Positions 1-7,369 of a stretch of 26,712 nt of DNA are shown one piece after another. The stretch comes from a virus. Its lineage: Duplodnaviria; Caudoviricetes. The stretch lies in IMG/VR virus record IMGVR_UViG_3300012943_000055, positions 1 to 26,712 of that record; one strand, given 5' to 3'. Made by a program: the position numbers and the translations under genes. The notes beneath the pieces are model-generated. The model did not search any database and had not been told where the DNA came from. It saw only the letters and a list, made by a program, of their open reading frames with translations. Positions within the stretch are counted from its first letter, which is position 1; every line of letters begins with the position of its first letter.

Positions 1-1
1 C

Positions 2-3000
2 CTTCGCGGGCGGCGCCGTTCTTTCATTCTTCGGCGGCGGGTTCTTGGCGGCCTCGCGCAGCAGGCGATTGGCCTCCTCGTCGTCCATGGCCATGTAGTA
101 CGGATCTTCGACCAGTTCATCGATCTGCTCGGGCGTCACGCCAGCGTCGAGCGCGGCCTTGATCGCTTCGGGATCGAGTCGATCGTACTTGTTCGCCACC
201 GCCATGACCGGGTTATCCACGGCGTTATTGGCCATGAAAAACGAGTAGGCAAAGCCTTCGGGCGTGGCGCTGCGGGCGTTCTTTGTGGACTGACTCTTGC
301 CGCCGTACTTGCTGTGCATGACCGAGCCGTCGACGGGCTCAACCGGCGCAATCGGAAGGTCGGCGTTGAATCGGCCCCAAATCAGGGTTTTCTTGGTGTA
401 GGTCTCGCCCACCTGGTAGGGGTCGAAGGACAGCCGCCACGGCGGCAGCCCGCCCAAGCGTTCGATGCGACCGACGGGATTCTCGAGCGCCCACACGGGC
501 GGCTTGAAATACTCGATGGCGGCCATGGTGCGCTGCACCAGTCGGATCGACTTGACCGTTCGCCCGTCGGCATCCTTGGCGGCGAAGTGCCGCGCGCCGG
601 AGACAGCGAAGTCGGTGCACGGGCATGCGGCCAGGATGGCGTACACGTCCATGCCCTCGAAGTCACCGAACCAGTCAGCGAAGAATCCGGCGTCGAAGTT
701 GTTGACGTCCCCCATGTCCGGGTCGTCCTGAATATCGAACTTCCAGACGTTGTAGCCCGCCTCCACCCATGGCTCGGCCCACTTGCCGGTCAGGTCGAAC
801 AGCGACAGCACGACCTTCTGCGAGTTGTTGTTGCTGATGCTCTTGCGGCCCTGGGCGTCAGCGTGCGCCTTCCATTCGTCGATCTTTGCCCGCGCCTCGG
901 CGGTGGTCATCCAGCCATGCTCGGCGTTGTAGACCTTCACCTTGTCCTTGAGCCGGACAACCTCGTCCTTCTTGGGTGCGTCAAAGATGTGGGTGACGCC
1001 GTTGTCCTCGTCCTGGTGCTGGTACTCCCCGAACTCCGCGACCATTTCACGGAGCTCGTCGGGGGATAGCCCCTCGAGGTCGTCATTGGCGCCCGACGTG
1101 TGCTCCGGCGCGGTCGCGGTGCCCTCTGTTTTTGAAGAAGCATGTTTTTCGTCAGCCGCTTGTGCTGGCGCGGTCGCGGTGGTCGGCGGGGCCTGGAGCG
1201 CCACCGCCTCACCGAACAGGATCTCGTTGAGCGTGTCGCGGTCGGATGGCGACAGCTTGTTGCCCTTCATCGCCTTGAGCTGGGTCTCGAGGAAGGGGTG
1301 GCCCTTGGCTTCCTCGCGCGCCTCGCGCAGCAGCCAGTCGTCCACGCGCTTGAGCGAGTTGGCCGCGCGCTGGTTCGTCGAGGTGTCGACCTTCGGGAAG
1401 GGGCCGGTCTGCCGCCCGCTGGACGTGGTTGGCCGGTCGCCCTCCCCGTACATGGCAGGCCCGGCATCGGTCTTGGTGCGCGCCTGCTCGGCGGCTGGCG
1501 GTGACGTCACCGTGACGTCACCGTGACGGGTGCCCTGCGTCACCGTGCCAACACCGGCCTTGGCGGCTTCCTTGGCGGTCTGCTTCGGGTCACGCACCCA
1601 GGCCTTGAACTCGTCCTGGGTCATCTGTGTGATGGCCCCGTCACCCGTCCAGCCCTTCGAGTAGTTGGACAGGTAGGTGCTGCGGGCCTCGGCCTCGGAG
1701 CCCACGCCCATCACAACCTTGTGCTCGTCGAAGCTGCCGTCCTTGTTGTGCTGGTCGACCACGAACACGGGCAGGCTGGTGTCATCCGCCTTGTCCGTCA
1801 GGAACACGTCGACATGATCCTTGTCGTGGCCAACGGTGCCGCGGAAGTAACCATAGTGGTTGGCCAGCGGCGGCCATTCGGGCTGGCGCTTGCTGCCCGC
1901 CGGGTTCTCGATGGACACGTCCATGCCAGCCACGCGGGCGTGGCCCTTCTGGTAATTACCCGCCTCCTTCTGCGCGGCGGTCGGCTCCGGCAGGTCATTC
2001 TTCGGGCTGGTCGCGGCGGTATGGGCCGCGCCTTCCAGGGCGTCAGGAGGGGTTGCCTGGGAATCCGCTATAGCGGTTTCAGGATTCGCTATAGCGTTTT
2101 CGGGGGCCGCTTCTGTGGTAGGGGTCAGGGGTCGAGCGGTCGCTTCGCCGTCAACCTGCGCTCCTGCGTCAGTTGCCTCGACTCCGGGGGCGGTGGTGGC
2201 GCCGGGGGCGTCAGGAGTTTCGACAGCAGTACCGCTCGCACTGTCAGCAGCCTCGACTCGATTCCCGCCAGCGTCCACGCCAGCATCGCCAGGGGGTGCC
2301 GCTGGTTCGGTTCGTCCGGTGGATACGTCATCAGTGGTGCCTACCTTGTCGAGATCCGCCTTATCGCGTGCCAGTTGGGCGCGCTCGCTGGCCTGCTTGT
2401 GGTGGGTGGCCGCCTGCTCCGGCTCAATGCCGAACGCCTTGGCGATGGTGTCGGGGTCTGAAATCGCACCATGACGGGCCTGCCCGTCGAGATATGCGCT
2501 GATCTTGTCGTTGCCCCACAGGCGCCCGTCGTCACCAACGGTGATCGCTGTTTCCGTGCGCCCGCTGGCCTCGTCGGTCTTGGTCTTGGCGCCGTCCTTC
2601 TCGCCATGTGCGCCGGCCTCCTGCCGCGCGGCCTCGCGCTGCTTTTGGGCAGCCTCGTCCAGCGCCCCGGTGGCGGCTCCCAGGTTCACCGCACGGGATA
2701 GCGGCCCATTGGAGGCGTCGGGCAGCGGTGCGCCGCTGGGGAGCGTGGGGGCTGTGTGGCCGGCACGTGCACGCGCGGTGTCGATCTTGAGCGGGGTCAG
2801 GCCCAAGGCTTCCTGCTCGGCAAGGCGATCCGCCGTGGCGGTCTGCTGGTCGAACGCTTGCGGGCCAGTGGTCGCGGTGCCGTCCGGGGAAACAATCACC
2901 GGATCTTGCTCGAGTAGGCGCTTGTTCTCTTTCAGGTAGTTGTAGAGCTTGGCGTGCGCGGCCTCGAAAGCCGTGTTGTCCTTCGCGTTGAGCATCTGGC

Positions 3001-4186
3001 TGCGGTACAGGTCAGCCGGGTCGCCACCGAACGGCGGCGGCGTGCGCGGCGGCTTCTTGCCCTTCGCCTCGGCCTCCTGCGTGCGGAAGGCAGCCGCGCC
3101 ACCAAACAGGCCACCGCCCACGGCACCCACCGCGGCGGAGTCGATGTAATCGCGCCAGGCGTCGGCGTCGTTGAGCGACTGCTGGGCGCCGAACCGCTCG
3201 AGGAAGGTCTGTGCACCCTCGGTGCCGGCCTCGCGCAATGCACCCTCGGTGCCCGCCACGGCGGCACGCTTGCCGTAGGCCTTGGCCGCGCCGGCCAATG
3301 TTTCCTTGGCGGCTGTCTTGCCGACGTTCTTCACGCCCTTGAACAGCAGGCCCAGGTTGAACAGGTCAGCCACGGACTCGAGGCCAGCAGCGGCCAGGGC
3401 GGAGCCCACCGCGCGCGCCTTCTCCATGCCGGTCAACGGCTGGCCGCGCTCGTCGGCCATTCGCATGGCTTCGGGATAGACCGAGCCGACCTCCATCATG
3501 GAGTTGAAGGCTTGGCTGCCGATGGCCGCGCCGCCCACCTTCTTGAGGGTTTTCTTGGTCGCTTCGCTGGCCATTGTCTCGGCCACCTTCTTCTCCGCGA
3601 CCTTCTCCGCGATCTTCTTGCTGGCGCCCTTGGCCACCATTTCCTCGGCCAGCCGCTTGCCCTCGCTGATCGCCATCTTCTTGATGGCTTTCTTGGCCAC
3701 AAGACCACCCACGGCGCCCGCGACGTTGCCGACCACCGGCACTTCGGAGCCCAGCAGCGCGCCGGCACCGGCAGCAGCGACCGATTCCAGGGCTTGCCCG
3801 CCCACATAGCCGGCGGCGTTTTGCGCGAAGTCCACCAGCGCGCCCGGCCCCTGCTTGCGTGCCTCGGTAAACGAGTCGGTGTCCTTGTGCAGCGCACCAG
3901 TGACCGCCTCGCCTTCCTTGAACTTCTCGAGGCCGTAGTCCCTGACCGAATCGAGCCCGGTCACGTCGCCTACAGCGGCGAGCGTGCCGCCCGCCAGTTG
4001 CTTGAGCTCGGGCAGCGTGCGCTTGAAGCCGCGCATGAAGTCGCCGTCCTCGCTGGCCTTGGGCTTCGGGTCGAGCGTGCGAGCGAACGGGTCGTAATCG
4101 ACCTTCGTTGTCGCTCCCTGGGCGGCCTCGTCGGGCTTCGGCGCGGCGGCGAACGGGTCGTAATCAACGCGGGTGAGCTTATCCAT
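2..4186 (-). CDS. Large polyvalent (DarB-like) internal virion/ejected protein, >=1395 aa, 3' end outside the window
   Basis: Not in the ORF track. ATG at 4186 overlaps the upstream TAA (TAATG). Manual translation is stop-free to the window edge: MDKLTRVDYDPFAAAP..., a Gly/Ala-rich ejection-protein-like N-terminus (GAGALLGSEVPVVGNVAGAVGG; EAGTEGAQTFLER), acidic linkers, an InPase-like domain and a C5-MTase domain. Confidence 0.9.
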   Translation of the reverse strand, partial: MDKLTRVDYDPFAAAPKPDEAAQGATTKVDYDPFARTLDPKPKASEDGDFMRGFKRTLPELKQLAGGTLAAVGDVTGLDSVRDYGLEKFKEGEAVTGALHKDTDSFTEARKQGPGALVDFAQNAAGYVGGQALESVAAAGAGALLGSEVPVVGNVAGAVGGLVAKKAIKKMAISEGKRLAEEMVAKGASKKIAEKVAEKKVAETMASEATKKTLKKVGGAAIGSQAFNSMMEVGSVYPEAMRMADERGQPLTGMEKARAVGSALAAAGLESVADLFNLGLLFKGVKNVGKTAAKETLAGAAKAYGKRAAVAGTEGALREAGTEGAQTFLERFGAQQSLNDADAWRDYIDSAAVGAVGGGLFGGAAAFRTQEAEAKGKKPPRTPPPFGGDPADLYRSQMLNAKDNTAFEAAHAKLYNYLKENKRLLEQDPVIVSPDGTATTGPQAFDQQTATADRLAEQEALGLTPLKIDTARARAGHTAPTLPSGAPLPDASNGPLSRAVNLGAATGALDEAAQKQREAARQEAGAHGEKDGAKTKTDEASGRTETAITVGDDGRLWGNDKISAYLDGQARHGAISDPDTIAKAFGIEPEQAATHHKQASERAQLARDKADLDKVGTTDDVSTGRTEPAAPPGDAGVDAGGNRVEAADSASGTAVETPDAPGATTAPGVEATDAGAQVDGEATARPLTPTTEAAPENAIANPETAIADSQATPPDALEGAAHTAATSPKNDLPEPTAAQKEAGNYQKGHARVAGMDVSIENPAGSKRQPEWPPLANHYGYFRGTVGHDKDHVDVFLTDKADDTSLPVFVVDQHNKDGSFDEHKVVMGVGSEAEARSTYLSNYSKGWTGDGAITQMTQDEFKAWVRDPKQTAKEAAKAGVGTVTQGTRHGDVTVTSPPAAEQARTKTDAGPAMYGEGDRPTTSSGRQTGPFPKVDTSTNQRAANSLKRVDDWLLREAREEAKGHPFLETQLKAMKGNKLSPSDRDTLNEILFGEAVALQAPPTTATAPAQAADEKHASSKTEGTATAPEHTSGANDDLEGLSPDELREMVAEFGEYQHQDEDNGVTHIFDAPKKDEVVRLKDKVKVYNAEHGWMTTAEARAKIDEWKAHADAQGRKSISNNNSQKVVLSLFDLTGKWAEPWVEAGYNVWKFDIQDDPDMGDVNNFDAGFFADWFGDFEGMDVYAILAACPCTDFAVSGARHFAAKDADGRTVKSIRLVQRTMAAIEYFKPPVWALENPVGRIERLGGLPPWRLSFDPYQVGETYTKKTLIWGRFNADLPIAPVEPVDGSVMHSKYGGKSQSTKNARSATPEGFAYSFFMANNAVDNPVMAVANKYDRLDPEAIKAALDAGVTPEQIDELVEDPYYMAMDDEEANRLLREAAKNPPPKNERTAPPAK
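226..820 (-). other. Minimal DNA cytosine-C5 methyltransferase (DCM) domain within the polyvalent protein
   Basis: Motifs in canonical order: I-like VVLSLFDLTG, II FDI, III-like GDV, IV catalytic ACPCTDFAVSG, VI WALENPVGRI, VIII-like YTKKTLIWG, X-like RSATPEGFA. Confidence 0.85.
1107..1181. repeat. 15-bp direct repeat GGCGCGGTCGCGGTG (1107-1121, 1167-1181) flanking an AT-rich 45-bp core
   Basis: Read directly. The core contains TGTTTTT twice (1127, 1143), and each repeat copy encodes TATAP. Confidence 0.7.
1501..1547. repeat. 11-bp-period tandem repeat of the palindrome GTGACGTCAC(C)
   Basis: GTGACGTCACC at 1501 and 1512, GTGACG at 1523, and CGTCACCGTG at 1538, all in 11-bp register. Confidence 0.8.
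1590..1990 (-). other. Inorganic-pyrophosphatase-like (InPase) domain of large polyvalent proteins
   Basis: EPTAAQKEAGNYQKGH...SIENPAGSKR...HYGYFRGTVGHDKDHVDVF...VFVVDQ...FDEHKVVMG...YLSNYSKGW...EFKAW. The YGY..GT...DxDxVDV and DxK motifs match the family I PPase fold. Confidence 0.85.
2061..2102. repeat. 21-bp tandem repeat, each unit containing the palindrome CGCTATAGCG (2066-2075, 2087-2096)
   Basis: GAATCCGCTATAGCGGTTTCA / GGATTCGCTATAGCGTTTTCG read directly. Each copy uses a rare ATA Ile codon. Confidence 0.8.
2125..2331 (-). CDS. Candidate nested (overprinted, +1 frame) 68-aa protein inside a linker of the polyvalent gene
   Basis: ATG preceded by AAGGTAGG. About 31 of 69 main-frame codons end in A/T here versus about 12 of 68 in the nested frame. 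The peptide has a Leu-rich helix (LAMLAWTLAGIESRLLTVRAVLLSKLL) followed by poly-Pro. Confidence 0.45.
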   Translation of the reverse strand: MTYPPDEPNQRHPLAMLAWTLAGIESRLLTVRAVLLSKLLTPPAPPPPPESRQLTQERRLTAKRPLDP

Positions 4187-5433
4187 TATTGATTCACCAA
4201 CGAATAGCTCCCGTCATCATTCTGGATGTACCACTTCCCGTCTGGCGCTTTTCTCGCGTTCGGGTAGGCCGCTGGCGGCTTCTCCTGCTCCCCGCCACCC
4301 ACGGCATAGCGCGCATCGACCTCCGCGATGGCGGCGACGCGCTCTTCCGGGGTCATCGTTTCGTTCTTCTGGATCGCGGCAATCTCGCCCGCGCGCGCAT
4401 CGAACCGATCCTTCGATGTGACTTCACCCGGCACTTGCGTCGGCGCCTCCTGAATGGCCTTGCCATCCTCGCCGCGCAGCGTCGACGCGGTGCCGTCGTT
4501 GCGCACCACGCTGGTGGTGCCGTCGAGGGCGCGCACCAGTTGGTTGGGCCGTGCCTGATCCACGATGAGCGCGTTGTCCACCTGCTGCGACGCCACGTTC
4601 GCCTTGTCGGCGTCCAGTCGGCGGTCGGCGTAGCTCTGATTGGCGCCCGCCTCGAGCACGGCGCCCTGCCCCAGCGTGGCGTTGGCCGCCTGCTGGCCTG
4701 CTGCGCTCGCCTGGTTGCGTGCACCGAGTTGGCCAAGGATCGCCTCACCGGCAAGACGGCGGGCCTGTGGGCTGCCCTTGTTGCTGCCGTAGCCCTGACT
4801 GATCTCGAAGCGGCGCATGAGCTCTGCATCGGCGCTCATGGGGTTGAGCACGCTGGCGGCATCGGCTCGGGTGTCCAATGTGACACCTCGTTGGCCCTGC
4901 AAAGTGCGCTCGGTGGTGGCCTGTACCTGGGGAGCGAATGAATACTCCGTGGCAATGGGGGATGGCGCAGTCGGGCGCCGGACAATCGGCGCCGACCCAT
5001 CCACGCCGGGGGTGTTGGCGTAGACCGCGTTGCCCTTGGCATCGAGCGTGCGGGTGACGCCACCGGGCAGGTTGTCTTTCGGCGCGGTCGACGATCCACC
5101 AACGGTGCCAGCAAAGGACGTGGTGGGTGCAGGCGGCGCTTGTGGCGACGGGGCAGAAGGCGTGGCTGGGGCTGGGGCCGGGCCCGTGGCGGAAAACGGG
5201 TTCCGATCGGCACGGGATTCGCCGGGGTCGGTTGGCCTGCCGGCGCCAAGGAATCCGCGGGCATACGGCTCTGCCGCTGCCGTTGCAGCCACCAGCGGCC
5301 TGGCAAACGTGCGCCCTGCACCCGCCACGACATTGCGCTGGGCGGCACCGTAATCCAGCGCGCGCCCACGGGCACCTTGGCCGGCTTCATACGCCTGCTC
5401 TGCGGCGCTACGCTTCTTCTTCGGGTCAGCCAT
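4186..5433 (-). CDS. Probable internal virion/ejection protein, ~415 aa
   Basis: Start refined to MADPKKK (ATG 5433, preceded by AGAGGATAGG). Ala/Gly/Pro/Gln-rich and largely low-complexity, lying directly before and coupled to the polyvalent gene. Confidence 0.7.
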   Translation of the reverse strand: MADPKKKRSAAEQAYEAGQGARGRALDYGAAQRNVVAGAGRTFARPLVAATAAAEPYARGFLGAGRPTDPGESRADRNPFSATGPAPAPATPSAPSPQAPPAPTTSFAGTVGGSSTAPKDNLPGGVTRTLDAKGNAVYANTPGVDGSAPIVRRPTAPSPIATEYSFAPQVQATTERTLQGQRGVTLDTRADAASVLNPMSADAELMRRFEISQGYGSNKGSPQARRLAGEAILGQLGARNQASAAGQQAANATLGQGAVLEAGANQSYADRRLDADKANVASQQVDNALIVDQARPNQLVRALDGTTSVVRNDGTASTLRGEDGKAIQEAPTQVPGEVTSKDRFDARAGEIAAIQKNETMTPEERVAAIAEVDARYAVGGGEQEKPPAAYPNARKAPDGKWYIQNDDGSYSLVNQ

Positions 5434-5473
5434 CGTCCTATCCTCTGTGTGGTGGTGCTGCGGTGGTAAAGGG

Positions 5474-7357
5474 TCAAGCGTCGGAGACTTCACCGACGAA
5501 GGAGAAGTTGGTGGAACAGGACTGGCCAACGCTATGGCCACTGGACACGCCCGCGTTGTAGCCGACCGCGCTCATGGTGCTGGACGCCAGTTGCGACGCA
5601 ATGCGGGCCGTTGCTTCCTTGATCGCAATAAGCTGATCGAACATGCCCTTGAGTTGGACAATGGCCAGGTCGGCGGCACGGTACTGCGCCTCGGCATCAG
5701 CCTTGGCCTTCTCCATGCCAAGCTCGAAGCTGCGATCCGTGGCCGCGCTGGCGCTGACCTCGACGCTGGCGTCTGCGCTGTAAAGCTGGGCCTGCGATGA
5801 AGCAAGCTGCGCCACCGCGTCAAGCCGTTGCTTCTCGGCCTCAAGGCTGGCGGTGAACTTGCGCACGGTGCCCTCCCATGCCTGCAACTTCTGGCCGTGC
5901 TCGGCAATGTGCAGTTTCGATTTCTCGACCTCGAGGTTGTTGGTCGTCGCCCAGGCATCGACCCGCTTGGCGTTGGCATCCACGATGGACTTGAAGATAT
6001 CAGCCTTCTTGCCCTCGGCGTCGGCGGCAGCGGCATAGCCGCGCCACTCTTCGGAATAGGCACGGATGCGGCTGTCATAGGCGTCGACCTCGGCCTTGTA
6101 CCGCTCGACCACATTGCGGTCTGCGTCGGAGCGCACCTTCACCGCTTCGATGCGGTTGCGGTAGAAGTCGGCCTGCACGTTCACGCCACGGAGCAAGCCC
6201 TCGTACAGGCGGATGCGCTGGTCGTTGATCTGGCCGCGGGCGAGCTCCCCCTCGAGCTCGGCACGGTAGACCTCGATGGTCGCCAGCGAGGCGCGCAGCT
6301 TCGACTCGAATACGCGGGCCTCGGACTCGTAGGCCGCCTGCCGGGCATTGATGATCGAGATCCGCGCGTTGAGGATCGCCACGGCGCTGTTGCGCTGTTC
6401 GATGGCCGCCTGCAACGCGAACCTCTGTTCCTCGATGTGAAGCTGGATGAACACACCCTCGAGCGCGGCGCCCTGGGTGATGGCGAAGCGCAGGTTGGCG
6501 TTCGATTCCTCGTACTGCTTGAGCGCCGCGTCGCGGCTGGCGTCGGCTATCCGGTTGGCGCCCCCTTGGCGGATCTCGTTGACGCGGCCCGCCAGTTGGC
6601 CGGGCGGCTCGGCAAAGCCGCGCGCGCTGAACTCGGTCATGGCCTGGTCGACGTCGCGGTTGACTTCGATCTCGATGCGGCTGCGCATCTTCTCGAAGAT
6701 GGCTTGCTCGATGGCCTCGGGCAGCGCGGCAACACCCTGGATCATGGGCCGCAGCTTCGCCGTCAGGTCATCCAGTAGCACTTGCTCGTAGGCCGTCGGG
6801 GTGAAGTTCCACGACTCATCGAAGGGCGGCTCCACGAACACGGGCGCAACGGCATCGAAGGTCGGGATCACCACGACGGGCGCGTCGGGCAGGTGCAATT
6901 CCTCGAAGGTGGGCGTGGGCGGGAGCTCGTAGTCGGGCTCCACCGGGAAGATCAATTCATCGGGCGGCGGCGGCGCAATCGGTAACGCGAGCGCGGGTAG
7001 GTCAGGCCGCGCCGGCAGGTTGAGCGTCGGTGCAATGACGTCAATCTCGGGGGAGGTCGTGAAGGTCAGCGGGGTCGGCACGTACTCGGGTGACAGGCCG
7101 ATGGCGTCCGGGGACTGGAAGGCAAAGCCCGAGGCATCAAGGTCAGGCCGCGTGGGCCGCTGGAACGGCGTGAGTTGGCCTTCAAAATCGAAGTCGATGT
7201 TGAAGGCATACGGCGCGGGCGTCAGGTCGCCAAGTTCGCCCAGGCTTTCGATGGCGGTGTCGTAGACGTCATCACCGCGATTCATGAACTTCGTGTGCGC
7301 TTGGTCAACCAAGAGCGCGGCGAAGTCTCCCGTTGCGGGGCACCATGTCTGTGGCAT
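5474..7357 (-). CDS. Virion protein with Pro-rich N-terminal region and long coiled coil (ejection or tail-needle-like), 627 aa
   Basis: GGAG SD before ATG. Pro/acidic segment followed by heptad-like Ala/Glu/Arg helices (RYKAEVDAYDSRIRAYSEEWRGY). Located between tail and ejection genes. Confidence 0.7.
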   Translation of the reverse strand: MPQTWCPATGDFAALLVDQAHTKFMNRGDDVYDTAIESLGELGDLTPAPYAFNIDFDFEGQLTPFQRPTRPDLDASGFAFQSPDAIGLSPEYVPTPLTFTTSPEIDVIAPTLNLPARPDLPALALPIAPPPPDELIFPVEPDYELPPTPTFEELHLPDAPVVVIPTFDAVAPVFVEPPFDESWNFTPTAYEQVLLDDLTAKLRPMIQGVAALPEAIEQAIFEKMRSRIEIEVNRDVDQAMTEFSARGFAEPPGQLAGRVNEIRQGGANRIADASRDAALKQYEESNANLRFAITQGAALEGVFIQLHIEEQRFALQAAIEQRNSAVAILNARISIINARQAAYESEARVFESKLRASLATIEVYRAELEGELARGQINDQRIRLYEGLLRGVNVQADFYRNRIEAVKVRSDADRNVVERYKAEVDAYDSRIRAYSEEWRGYAAAADAEGKKADIFKSIVDANAKRVDAWATTNNLEVEKSKLHIAEHGQKLQAWEGTVRKFTASLEAEKQRLDAVAQLASSQAQLYSADASVEVSASAATDRSFELGMEKAKADAEAQYRAADLAIVQLKGMFDQLIAIKEATARIASQLASSTMSAVGYNAGVSSGHSVGQSCSTNFSFVGEVSDA

Positions 7358-7369
7358 TGGGTTCTCCGG

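Noticed and set aside
937-1212. Second possible nested minus-strand ORF (91 aa), and likewise 2341-2607
   Set aside because: Arg/Ser/Pro/Thr-rich shadow-frame composition, no clear SD, and main-frame codon bias largely intact, unlike 2125-2331.
314-4192. Long + strand ORFs (314-1069, 1523-2461, 2954-4192)
   Set aside because: Antisense shadows of the GC3-biased minus-strand polyvalent gene, with no recognisable motifs.
5407-5424. PKKKR nuclear-localisation-like motif in the ejection protein
   Set aside because: A short basic run that is likely coincidental, with no eukaryotic context.
5434-5541. ORF-track N-terminal extensions (5541, and similarly 16705 and 23126)
   Set aside because: They overlap upstream genes or a terminator, and downstream ATGs have better SD sequences.
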